The translations under genes and the position numbers were made by a program. A stretch of 64,000 nt of DNA from a virus. Below, piece by piece: positions 8,810-17,262 of the stretch. A model generated the notes under the pieces. It saw only the letters and a list, made by a program, of their open reading frames with translations, searched no databases and was not told the origin of the DNA. Where the stretch lies: the IMG/VR virus record IMGVR_UViG_3300005077_000003, positions 32,001 through 96,000 of that record; one strand, written 5' to 3'. The first letter of the stretch is position 1. Each line of letters begins with the position of its first letter.

Positions 8810-9705
8810 GTAGGCTGAGACTACACCTACTAACTGACCGGTCTTGGTGCCCGTATGATTATAACTTAGGCCTTATCCACCAACCTATGTTGGTATCCAG
8901 TCACAGCAGCCTTTTTGAATAGGTGGCGGTTCCTATGTGCTGTCAAACTACTCAATAGCTTTCATTAAGCCAACGCTGCCGCGCTGTTCGTATTGCTACC
9001 TACTACTCGCTGTCCACTATCAACACAATCATCCTTCCGGGAATCATGTGCCTGTATTCATCCGAAGATGTACAGGATTATGCTGCTTTCGCTTGACATC
9101 CGGCCAGGTTTGTGGTTTCTTCTAGTTTGTAGGCAGGACTCGAACCTGCAACCTATCGTTCCTAAAACGACTGAGCTACCAATTGCTCCACTACGTTTAC
9201 GTGAAGACCCCCTGGCCGAATGGTTCCTATATCTTTTGGATATAGAAATGCCAAGGATCTTCTAATGGCTACCTATTAGCTATAGGTTTAACCGGTTAGT
9301 ATGGACTTTGTCTCCGACTTCATAAAATCCACCGGAACCAAAGCACCAAGTAACTGCACTTCGCCTTTTGTTGCTATCCTTCAGACTCTGTGCTACCCTT
9401 TGTCTCTCATATATTCACTAGTTTGCATCCTATCCTCCTTGCGGGAGGAAATTGACCTGATCACCGTTGGCCACAGGCACTTGTCGGCTAGCGTCATATT
9501 TATTCACCCCAGGAGGGTAAACTAGGAGACTCGGCTTGCATGAATGGACCAAAATTAATTGGCGGGTTCCTCGTAACGCAGAATCCCTTTGGGCATATTA
9601 CTATGCTTGTCCTTAGCGACATCATGCTGCCGTACACTTACTCGCATAAGTGAGTAGTGTACTAGTTGTCAAAGAGTTTATTCACGCTCTCTCTTTGAGA
9701 GCTTA
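8810..9705 (-). ncRNA. large (~900 nt) structured ncRNA, GOLLD-like candidate
   Basis: No credible ORF, elevated GC, many stems (cctccc-GCAA-ggagg, acact..aagtgt, closing gtagg...cctac hairpin), tRNA-like insert, size and phage tRNA-region context. Confidence 0.55.
9125..9197 (-). tRNA. tRNA-like element (UAG anticodon), broken acceptor stem, no CCA; probably not a chargeable tRNA
   Basis: GAGC/GCTC D-arm, GTCGT-TTTAGGA-ACGAT anticodon arm, GCAGG-TTCGAGT-CCTGC T-arm; only 4 bp (GTAG/CTAC) of acceptor stem. Confidence 0.6.
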
Positions 9706-9752
9706 ATTGAAAAAAGAATTTTCTTTAGTGAATATCGTTCTATTTCCCACTC

Positions 9753-9929
9753 TTATTTAAGTTCTAATACTTCTTGACCTTCCCAAAAATCATTTTCATA
9801 TGAATCCTCCCATATGTCCACAATCTTTGTCCCTATATCATCCTTTTCTTCAAGAAGTTCAATTCGTTCACGTTCTAGGATAGCCTTAATAATACTATTG
9901 CGTAAGGTTGCTCTGCGATTAGTATCCAT
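9753..9929 (-). CDS. small acidic hypothetical protein (58 aa, below ORF-track cutoff)
   Basis: MDTNRRATLRNSIIKAILERERIELLEEKDD...; co-oriented with neighbours. Confidence 0.55.
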   Translation of the reverse strand: MDTNRRATLRNSIIKAILERERIELLEEKDDIGTKIVDIWEDSYENDFWEGQEVLELK

Positions 9930-9942
9930 TTTTAAATACTAC

Positions 9943-10221
9943 TTAAGAATTAAATACTTGTACTTTAATTAGTTTAGGAAAGCAAGTGTGTGAGAGCCAC
10001 TGCCAACCAGCAGACATATTAATGTCTTCGATTGGTTCAGCTGGTTCAACTATATTATTCATTACTTTTAGGGCTTCTGCCCTTTGTTTTTCATTCAGAT
10101 CCTTACATAGGATTTCTAGTTGTTTTACTACTCCTTCCCTAGTTGGCTTACCAAGAGTTCTTACTATCACATTCCCAGTACTAATAGGAATTGTAGTAAC
10201 AAATTGTAGTTTGTAAGTCAT
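9943..10221 (-). CDS. hypothetical protein
   Basis: 92-aa ORF, overlapping stop/start with upstream gene. Confidence 0.6.
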   Translation of the reverse strand: MTYKLQFVTTIPISTGNVIVRTLGKPTREGVVKQLEILCKDLNEKQRAEALKVMNNIVEPAEPIEDINMSAGWQWLSHTCFPKLIKVQVFNS

Positions 10222-10454
10222 TTCCTCTTCCTTTTATCTAAGTACAGTCTTACAAGTTGTTCAATAGTATATTGATCATTTTTATTGTTTATTACAGTAT
10301 AAAATATTTCTATTGCCTGAAATGCGGTAATGGGAGCTATTATAAGAAAATAAATACCAACAAATATTGTAGTAATACTATGAATTATTGCTATAATAAA
10401 TAATATAGCAATAAATATAGTATCAATCAGGAGTTTTTTCACCTTTTTTAGCAT
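10218..10454 (-). CDS. membrane protein
   Basis: Long hydrophobic stretch. Confidence 0.55.
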   Translation of the reverse strand: MLKKVKKLLIDTIFIAILFIIAIIHSITTIFVGIYFLIIAPITAFQAIEIFYTVINNKNDQYTIEQLVRLYLDKRKRK

Positions 10455-10608
10455 CGTCTTCTAACCAATTTAAGCGCATATTAATGTGATTAATGTCCAT
10501 TTTTACTTGTTTTAAGTCTTCTACAAGTTTTAACACATCAGCAAACAATTTAGAATGTGCTTCTACTTGTTTATCAAACCTAAATTCAAGCCTTTCTAGT
10601 TGTTCCAT
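10423..10608 (-). CDS. small coiled-coil protein
   Basis: Heptad-like pattern, 61 aa. Confidence 0.55.
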   Translation of the reverse strand: MEQLERLEFRFDKQVEAHSKLFADVLKLVEDLKQVKMDINHINMRLNWLEDDAKKGEKTPD

Positions 10609-10654
10609 ATTAGGGCGAGGTGCCTTTGTAGATAGTAAAAAAGTTGCTATTACA

Positions 10655-10771
10655 TTATCTTAGTAGCAGTACATCTACTATATTTAGTAGGCATCGTGTT
10701 TCTGTTAGATCTGGATGGCGTAATCGGTAAATTGTAAACAATACGCCGATGTAGATAATAATGGCCATCAT
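10655..10771 (-). CDS. small membrane peptide (38 aa)
   Basis: MMAIIIYIGVLFTIYRLRHPDLTETRCLLNIVDVLLLR by manual translation. Confidence 0.5.
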   Translation of the reverse strand: MMAIIIYIGVLFTIYRLRHPDLTETRCLLNIVDVLLLR

Positions 10772-10808
10772 AAGCTATGTTATCAAATCACGTTTTTTCA
10801 TTATATTG

Positions 10809-11174
10809 TTACCAGCTTACCTGGCCCAATAAACTTTCAGCTTCTGGCGAGTACATATACCTAAGTCCAAGAAGCAGGACAGATAGTACTGTTGCTTGAG
10901 TTACTGTACACATAAATGCTGTGGGTCCAGGACCCAAAAGCATTGAGAACATGACGAAAAGTAGTGCAGTCAGCGCAATGTCAGCTGCTAGCATATGTTT
11001 CGCCATCAGTCTTTTTAACCATACTGGGAACTTGTTGACCAGGAACCACAGGGCCATTGTTGACACCAGGCCCATAAACATTCCTGCCTGGATAAAGCCC
11101 CCAACAACAGTTGCGAAAAGGAGCGAAGCTCCAATTACAACAGGGAAACTATTCTTTAGCAGTAGTTCTTTCAT
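10809..11174 (-). CDS. multi-pass membrane protein
   Basis: About 4 hydrophobic segments, GGAGG RBS. Confidence 0.75.
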   Translation of the reverse strand: MKELLLKNSFPVVIGASLLFATVVGGFIQAGMFMGLVSTMALWFLVNKFPVWLKRLMAKHMLAADIALTALLFVMFSMLLGPGPTAFMCTVTQATVLSVLLLGLRYMYSPEAESLLGQVSW

Positions 11175-11376
11175 TTTCCTCCGTTCACTTGAAAATAAAA
11201 GTAGCCTTCTACTTTTACGCAGAAGGCTACTGTGTAGGCTGGCGTCTTTTATGCTATTCTCTACACCTACCGATAGAGGCTAACAGGGTGTTGATTGCTT
11301 ATGTCAGCACGCCAATGACCTAATGCTACCGTATTTTGGTAGCATTAGGTCACAGGAAAAAAGAATGGTGGACAGA

Positions 11377-12057
11377 CTATTCTTCGAGTTTGTCCATCTT
11401 TTGGTTGGCAGCATTGCTGCTGCCAGTCACTTTCAGGTTAGTCCAGAAAGCGGTCTCGGAGTCTGGCGAACCAGACGGAGACAAGATGACCAGCATGCGC
11501 CCCGCACTATAGCGGGGTTTGCTGTCGCCAAAGAAGTCCTGATCAAACCCTTGAGTAGAGGGTATCTCAAGGATCGCTTGGAGAACCTGGTTGGTCTCAG
11601 CGTTGCACATCTCGATTGCCTCACTAAAGGCAATCGCGGGAACGCGCGCATCTCGGAGCTGCTGGGCAAGCTTTTGGGCGTGGACGCCACGTTTCAGCTC
11701 AACGAGCGGAATAGACCACCAAGTTCCTCGTTCGCGTTTAACAGGATTTAATGTGGCAACGTCAATATTGCGCATGCCGTCTCTAGTCATCTTGTTGATA
11801 GACAAGCTACCAACAAGTTTTTGGTCATCACCAATGATTTTGGCTGCTTCATTCAGCAGCCTGACACGCCGTGTGGACATGAAGATATTAATACCTTCAT
11901 GCCCTTCCGCAGCTATCTGGGGAGCGGACTTGGAGAAGTAAGCTTCGAAGGTCTTTGCGATCTTATCAACAACGTTCATCAGAGGTTCTTGGTTAAGAGT
12001 TTTGGAAGAGCGACCAAAGCCGCTCAAGAAAGTCGCAACAGAAAAGGGAATTTTCAA
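11377..12057 (-). CDS. hypothetical protein
   Basis: 226-aa ORF in the minus-strand run. Confidence 0.75.
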   Translation of the reverse strand: MKIPFSVATFLSGFGRSSKTLNQEPLMNVVDKIAKTFEAYFSKSAPQIAAEGHEGINIFMSTRRVRLLNEAAKIIGDDQKLVGSLSINKMTRDGMRNIDVATLNPVKRERGTWWSIPLVELKRGVHAQKLAQQLRDARVPAIAFSEAIEMCNAETNQVLQAILEIPSTQGFDQDFFGDSKPRYSAGRMLVILSPSGSPDSETAFWTNLKVTGSSNAANQKMDKLEE

Positions 12058-12063
12058 GGTAAT

Positions 12064-12297
12064 TCATTCAAGGTACACAGGTCCAAAGTTGCTAAAGAAC
12101 TCAGGATCAATTAGGCTATTTAGCCATTTGTATCCCTTGCTAACTGCGAGCTTATTTGTGAAAATATCAAAATATCTCTTGATATAGTGATAGTCATCTT
12201 CATATGATTCACATAGAAGCTCCCATGCGGTCATTGGATCATTTGCAATTACGATGATTGCTTGACCGTCGTTTCTATTGAAGGCAAATCTTTTCAT
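12064..12297 (-). CDS. hypothetical protein
   Basis: 77-aa ORF abutting the upstream stop. Confidence 0.65.
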   Translation of the reverse strand: MKRFAFNRNDGQAIIVIANDPMTAWELLCESYEDDYHYIKRYFDIFTNKLAVSKGYKWLNSLIDPEFFSNFGPVYLE

Positions 12298-13782
12298 TTA
12301 TATCCTGCTATAGCCTACTGTTGTTTGTGGAATTGCTTCCCCGACAATGTCACAAAACAACACTATTTGGACATTCTCACGCTGTTCTTGTTTGGGGAAT
12401 CTTATCATGAATGAGCCAGGAGGGATATTGACTACCCAGTAAGCTTGGCGCACATAGTGTACTTTTTCGCCTACTACTTTCCAGCCCCAGTTAACACCTG
12501 TCCAGAATGGCTCTTTTTCCTGTGCAGTTTCCGACTTTATACACGTTTTCACTGTTCCTTTAGCAACCTTGCTAAGGAACGTGCTCACTAACGTGCTACC
12601 AAACGACGGACAATAGCAATATTTCCCTTGTGGATGGTATTCTTTACCCTTTTCGGGTGAAAGCTGATAGCTTCCCACGAACGGAATACCTCCACTAACG
12701 AACTTCTTGAAGATATGTCCGTTGACTGCTTCTTCTTTGAACTCCTGTTTGGGAGTCCACCATCTGTCAACAAATAGTGGATGGTTCCCGTCAAACAAGA
12801 TACCCACCCTGGGGTACCAGGCACCTGCTCTATTGTACATAATAGGTAGATACTTTTTTTTCTCGGGTATCACATCAAAATCATCAATATCAACTCCGCT
12901 GAGTTGGTATTGGATTCTGCTAATCAGGGGTGAAATGTACCATTCGCCCTCTGATTTATGAATTGAAACAATGTTGCGGTCTCGCATCCAACGAAGTGTT
13001 GGAACGAGTATTGCATTTACTGGGTGGGCTTCCTTGTCATACATCTTCCACTCACCTGTCAGAAAGTCAAGCTTTCTGAGTGGGAGTGACGAAAGAGCTG
13101 TTTTCGGTTTACCCTTTTCCAGATCCTCTTCCTGGTTCCGCCATAACCAAAAGAGGATCTGTTCCACATTGGGGCCAAAGCCTTTCTTGGGGATTATAAC
13201 ATCACAAATGGATGTAACCCTGTAAACATTGGCGGTTTCTGCCCCATATGGCTCATCGTTGTTCCAGGTGTTTACTGGAGTGTTAGGATACAATGCTTGT
13301 CGCATTATACTGATTTCATAATTGGCTTCCGTGGCAACAAGCTGCCATCCGTCCTTAAATCTATGGAATTCTCCATAGTACTCAGGACCATTTGGTACTA
13401 CAGAGTTTTCACCCAACTCTGTAAAGACAACAGACTGGCTGGTAATATCCCAGCAGTCGTCTTGTTTGCCACCATCAATGAATGGCAATTTATCCTTATC
13501 AAGAACCCAAATGGCTTGTTTTAGCAGCCTAAGAAGAGCGTTGGCTGCTCGGAGTTCTTCTCCCCATTTCAACAAAGACGCCAAATCCTCTGCTGCTACA
13601 ACGATTTCTTCAATCGTTGTAGCCCATTGCTTAGCCGCAGAGTATTTGGCGGCAATGTTTTCGATGCACGCGTACTCGCGCCCAACGACATCCTTGACTA
13701 GATTGATTTCAATGGCTTCTTGTTCTTTACGCTCAGCTACTTCCTCATCAAAGAACACGATTTCCTCCGCCGCATCGAACAT
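12298..13782 (-). CDS. hypothetical protein (494 aa)
   Basis: Long ORF with GGAG RBS; no family recognised. Confidence 0.85.
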   Translation of the reverse strand: MFDAAEEIVFFDEEVAERKEQEAIEINLVKDVVGREYACIENIAAKYSAAKQWATTIEEIVVAAEDLASLLKWGEELRAANALLRLLKQAIWVLDKDKLPFIDGGKQDDCWDITSQSVVFTELGENSVVPNGPEYYGEFHRFKDGWQLVATEANYEISIMRQALYPNTPVNTWNNDEPYGAETANVYRVTSICDVIIPKKGFGPNVEQILFWLWRNQEEDLEKGKPKTALSSLPLRKLDFLTGEWKMYDKEAHPVNAILVPTLRWMRDRNIVSIHKSEGEWYISPLISRIQYQLSGVDIDDFDVIPEKKKYLPIMYNRAGAWYPRVGILFDGNHPLFVDRWWTPKQEFKEEAVNGHIFKKFVSGGIPFVGSYQLSPEKGKEYHPQGKYCYCPSFGSTLVSTFLSKVAKGTVKTCIKSETAQEKEPFWTGVNWGWKVVGEKVHYVRQAYWVVNIPPGSFMIRFPKQEQRENVQIVLFCDIVGEAIPQTTVGYSRI

Positions 13783-13786
13783 TACT

Positions 13787-14104
13787 TTACTCCTCTTTTT
13801 GATTCTCCTCGACGCTATTTCTTTGCTTGGCGGTTTCTACAAGTTCAACCAAAACATCCCCATGACAACTATTAGGTTTGCACCAGCAACCTAGTATTTT
13901 GCCTTCCAACTCATGCAAATCATTGAGTAGATGTTTACCATCTCCCTCAGTGATCCATGTTCTGTATGCTTCTATGGCATCTTCGCGCGTCCCTACTACG
14001 TACTGAGCTTTTGTACCAGGTTTATGACTAAATGGGTTACCCCATTTACTTGGTCTACCTATGTAGACATCATATTTGTCACATTTACAGTGTACTACCT
14101 TCAC
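13787..14104 (-). CDS. DUF4326 family protein
   Basis: DVYIGRPSKWGNPF and LGCWCKPNSCHGDVL motifs. Confidence 0.88.
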   Translation of the reverse strand: MKVVHCKCDKYDVYIGRPSKWGNPFSHKPGTKAQYVVGTREDAIEAYRTWITEGDGKHLLNDLHELEGKILGCWCKPNSCHGDVLVELVETAKQRNSVEENQKEE

Positions 14105-14268
14105 GACTTCTCCTAATCGCGCTTTTTGTGGTTTCCCAGGTTATTGTTTAGCTCCTCTTACTGTTGCCTGAACAGTGCCTCCATAGCACAGCTCTCACAA
14201 GCACAGCAGAATTATGAAACAAATATAAATGTACAATATATAAATATATTGTACATCTACATACCCGA

Positions 14269-14778
14269 CTATTCTATCTTCTTTGTGGTCAGCTTCTTAA
14301 GAAGCTTCATTCTCAACCCAATACCTGCGCAAAAGCCTTTACAGGCTATCACGTGACCTTTGGAATCCCTTACCGCCTCTCCTGGATAAATAAGGTCGTA
14401 CCTGTTTATTGTGGAAGGATGTTCTGCTACTAAAGCAGAAACGATAACCCAGGTTCCCGCCTCTTGTTTTGGAAGACCTTCAGGTTCTCCAAGTGTAGTC
14501 TCTACAACAGAGAAGTCTTCCAAGTAGCCCAAAGGCCTTCTTCTGGCCTCTAAACGGGGTGCTGCCCCGTTTGGTGGGTAGGTCCTACTATTACCATCAT
14601 TGTCAAGCACTATAATAGAATGTGGAGTAAAGTTCTTGAACGTGGGTCTGAAGACCGAATCTACCCATGCAATATGGGCGTCTTCATATTCTTTTGAATC
14701 CTCCCCATATTCCCTTATGAAGTAGTCGAGATCAATCGGAACTGCATTCACGAGGCCCAAATTACTTGAGTATTTCAT
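14269..14778 (-). CDS. conserved phage hypothetical protein (N-x-TPH family)
   Basis: FKNFTPHSI, GLPKQEAGTWVIVSALVA, DLIYPGEAVRDSKGHVIACKGF. Confidence 0.7.
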   Translation of the reverse strand: MKYSSNLGLVNAVPIDLDYFIREYGEDSKEYEDAHIAWVDSVFRPTFKNFTPHSIIVLDNDGNSRTYPPNGAAPRLEARRRPLGYLEDFSVVETTLGEPEGLPKQEAGTWVIVSALVAEHPSTINRYDLIYPGEAVRDSKGHVIACKGFCAGIGLRMKLLKKLTTKKIE

Positions 14779-15296
14779 GTTATCTTCTCCTAGAGTATCT
14801 AAAACCTATCTAAACCACTTCAAACACCCAAACACCTCATAACACCCAGCCCCCGGCTGTGTCCAGGCGAAAAGACCTTTTTCAAGGTTTTCGCCAAGGT
14901 GATTAGCAATACTAACACACTATATGTTGTGGTTTGATTTCAGCATACTATTAGAGGTAAAATTGGTATTCTACCCCTAGAGCAAACCTTCCATTTCGCT
15001 ATCAAGAAATAGGAAGTTGCATATTACAACAGGCCCCAAAAAGGGCCTGTTTTGTAAACTGACACCACTATATATAGTGTGTTCACCACCTATTACTGCT
15101 GGTTCGTGTTATAGGTTCTGCATGCTAACAACTCCGTTGTTAGGGAAGAGGATACAAAGAAAGGAGGGTTTTCCAACCCCCCCAAAGTATTAGCGCCGGA
15201 GCCTACTTTAGGTCCTAATACCGAAATATATTGAATTTCGGTACTACTACCTAATTTTTACACTTTTGCTCTCACCCTACAAGGGGAGAGGCCGGA

Positions 15297-15463
15297 GCCC
15301 GCCTTTTTTCTTTTCGCGGGCTCCTTTGTGTTGTCCCCGTCTCTCCTTGGCGGCTTTCGCCGCCTTTGTTCTTTTGTTTGCCCTTTGTTCGCCGCTGTCG
15401 CGGCTCTTTGTCGGGCTTTTGTCTGTTGGTTGGTTGTCGCTCGCCCCCTGTTGGGGGCTCGCT
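15297..15463 (-). ncRNA. U-free structured RNA segment with repeated ACAA(A) linkers
   Basis: 167 nt with no A on +; GC hairpins joined by ACAAA repeats; begins right after the TAG of a 34-aa ORF. Confidence 0.55.
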
Positions 15464-15566
15464 ATCCCGCACCTAGCCACAACATCACCTTAAAGGCGAT
15501 GATGGCCATGATCGTTGCTGCAACAATGAAGCGCAGCACGATCGCCGCGGCTTTCCGTGCTCGCAT
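15462..15566 (-). CDS. small membrane peptide (34 aa)
   Basis: MRARKAAAIVLRFIVAATIMAIIAFKVMLWLGAG; start 1 nt after the upstream stop. Confidence 0.6.
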   Translation of the reverse strand: MRARKAAAIVLRFIVAATIMAIIAFKVMLWLGAG

Positions 15567-15567
15567 G

Positions 15568-15795
15568 TTATACCTTCTTGTAGTTGTTGTCAACCCACCA
15601 CTTCCGGTAGGCTCTCAGGCTCCCTCCGTGTTTTGCTATGGCAGCCCTGCTTGGATCAACAGGGCACCAGAACGAGTGAAGTTGAGAGAGCGTCTCCGGC
15701 GGTCCACAGACCGGACACGCGAGACGGGGGTCCTTTCTCTCTAGAATGGGCCACATCAGGCCCCAATCCACAGTGATCACTTCATCCATTTTCAA
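15568..15795 (-). CDS. small hypothetical protein with CPVC motif
   Basis: 75 aa, AAGGAG RBS. Confidence 0.6.
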   Translation of the reverse strand: MKMDEVITVDWGLMWPILERKDPRLACPVCGPPETLSQLHSFWCPVDPSRAAIAKHGGSLRAYRKWWVDNNYKKV

Positions 15796-15853
15796 CTCCT
15801 TTCGGACGTAGCGAGGGCTACTGGCTCCTCTTCAGGCGCATACAACCACGTAT

Positions 15854-15881
15854 GCGCTAGGAGAGGAGGAGCCCTTGCGGG
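15854..15881. terminator. terminator-like hairpin
   Basis: aggaggagccc-ttgc-gggctcctcct perfect inverted repeat. Confidence 0.65.
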
Positions 15882-15896
15882 CTCCTCCTATGTTAA

Positions 15897-16109
15897 TCAG
15901 CGATCACCGAGGTAATCCCCGGTGAAGGCGTCGAACACAGCCACTCGCTGCTGGCCGTACTCGACAAACGTGACGATGGCCGCCCATCGCCACAACCCGT
16001 CCATGTCCTGGACTTTGTCCAGGTGCATGAACTTGCTCTCCGGCATCTTCCGGAGAGCCTCCTCTGCCACGCCGTCGGGGCACTCTCGCCCCAGGGCATC
16101 TTTCCTCAT
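15897..16109 (-). CDS. hypothetical protein
   Basis: 70 aa; directly follows a small upstream ORF. Confidence 0.6.
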   Translation of the reverse strand: MRKDALGRECPDGVAEEALRKMPESKFMHLDKVQDMDGLWRWAAIVTFVEYGQQRVAVFDAFTGDYLGDR

Positions 16110-16110
16110 T

Positions 16111-16245
16111 TCAGTCCACCATGTGGCGAATCGCCACGTAGAGGGTGAAGCCGACCCAGTACCCGAAGAGGAACCGGGCGTGCTTCATCCTGTAGACGAA
16201 CGTAAGGATTCCCAGCGGGAACCCTATCAAAATCCCTAGCAGCAT
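16111..16245 (-). CDS. small membrane protein (44 aa)
   Basis: MLLGILIGFPLGILTFVYRMKHARFLFGYWVGFTLYVAIRHMVD, GAGGAG RBS. Confidence 0.6.
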   Translation of the reverse strand: MLLGILIGFPLGILTFVYRMKHARFLFGYWVGFTLYVAIRHMVD

Positions 16246-16247
16246 TG

Positions 16248-16703
16248 CTACTCCTCGCGGGCATAGGCCCGCCTCAGGTTGTAGAGGGGATACCCCCTCC
16301 GGTTACGCGAGACCCGAGTGATCTCCTGATCACCGTGATGAACGGTGATCTTCTTTGGCTCCAGTTCGGCTCTGAAGCTCTTCGTGGAAGCGGCCTCAGC
16401 CGCGTCCATTCCTGGTTGCAGTGCAGCGGGGTCGATCCCCACCGCGTTGCAGAAGTGGAGTACGCGCGCGGCGTACCCCTGCTGGGCCTTCTCGAAGGCA
16501 TCACTAGTGACGCCCTCGAACTTCTTGGGTGCCGTCCACGAGACGTGGACGTACCTTCCCAGGACCCCTAGCGTTATGTAGACTGATGGTAAAGGACCCT
16601 CCCCGTAGACGCGCGCGTTCAGGAGGAACGCGGCGTAGACGCCGCGGGGGAGGATTTCGCCCTCAGAATGGGCGAACGAATCGCTCAGCATGTCGTATGA
16701 CAT
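16248..16703 (-). CDS. hypothetical protein, weak resemblance to DUF669/ssDNA-binding OB folds
   Basis: ILPRGVYAAFLLNARV..V.ITLGV pattern; AAGGA RBS. Confidence 0.55.
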   Translation of the reverse strand: MSYDMLSDSFAHSEGEILPRGVYAAFLLNARVYGEGPLPSVYITLGVLGRYVHVSWTAPKKFEGVTSDAFEKAQQGYAARVLHFCNAVGIDPAALQPGMDAAEAASTKSFRAELEPKKITVHHGDQEITRVSRNRRGYPLYNLRRAYAREE

Positions 16704-16738
16704 GAGCAGTCCTTGTGTACTATGTACACTTTAGTCCT

Positions 16739-16837
16739 GTGACTACGCGCCTGCACGAAATGTGCTTACACCCTCACCTCTAGCCGTAGTCGCGGAGGGC
16801 ATTGGAGGGGCACCCCCCCACAAGAGGATGCCCCTGT
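16739..16837 (-). repeat. structured intergenic module, copy 1
   Basis: Shares cctgcac-N4-tgtgcttac-N6-acctctag and ggcatt..gaggggcaccc..acaagaggatgcccctgt with 17163-17258. Confidence 0.85.
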
Positions 16838-16880
16838 TGCTATGGTGCTGCTGTACTTGCAGTAGCTCAGGACTTCGATT

Positions 16881-17126
16881 CTAGTTCTTCTTGTAGTAGT
16901 CGTCAGCCTCTTGACGACGCCATGTGGTCATGATCCCCGTATCCTGCAGGAAGGTCATCACCTTCCCAAGCATGCTTCCGAGGAAGCTGGTGAAGCTGAC
17001 CATGTAGTCCTTACAGGCCTTTATGTACTCAATCTCCACCTCCACATCCACCTTTTCCAGGGTGAACTCGGGGGTATTGGTCTCGGGGTTGACAGAGATG
17101 TTCATCTTTTCGATCTTGAAATGCAT
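16881..17126 (-). CDS. hypothetical protein
   Basis: MHFKIEKMNISVNPETN...; start chosen downstream of the repeat module. Confidence 0.65.
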   Translation of the reverse strand: MHFKIEKMNISVNPETNTPEFTLEKVDVEVEIEYIKACKDYMVSFTSFLGSMLGKVMTFLQDTGIMTTWRRQEADDYYKKN

Positions 17127-17162
17127 GTGAATCCCTTTGTGCACTAAGGCACTTAGTAAGTT

Positions 17163-17258
17163 GTGACTGTCCACCTGCACTATGTGTGCTTACGCCACTA
17201 CCTCTAGTGACAGTCATGAGTGGCATTGAGGGGCACCCTCACAAGAGGATGCCCCTGT
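17163..17258 (-). repeat. structured intergenic module, copy 2
   Basis: Imperfect direct repeat of 16739-16837 with compensatory changes in the outer stem. Confidence 0.85.
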
Positions 17259-17262
17259 AGTA

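Noticed and set aside
9125-9197. Canonical tRNA-Leu(UAG)
   Set aside because: Acceptor stem has only 4 bp, no CCA and no long variable arm; kept as a tRNA-like element
8283-9525. Plus-strand ORFs 8283-8468, 8937-9125, 8993-9265 and 9301-9525
   Set aside because: Opposite to the local gene direction, no RBS, protein sequences look random, and they overlap structured RNA
8530-9705. RNase P, tmRNA, SRP RNA or rRNA
   Set aside because: Diagnostic motifs (GAAAGUCC..., tmRNA termini, CAGG-CCGGAAGG-AGCAG) were not found
14269-14778. Cas accessory protein (Csx15-like)
   Set aside because: Only a superficial N-x-x-PH similarity and no CRISPR context
15297-15463. Diversity-generating retroelement variable repeat (A-depleted)
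   Set aside because: No matching template repeat differing at adenines and no reverse transcriptase in the window
15266-15493. ORFs 15266-15493(+), 15272-15472(-) and 15277-15480(-) as genes
   Set aside because: They are open only because the tract lacks A/T (no stop codons possible). They overlap a better 34-aa ORF and lack an RBS; not fully excluded.
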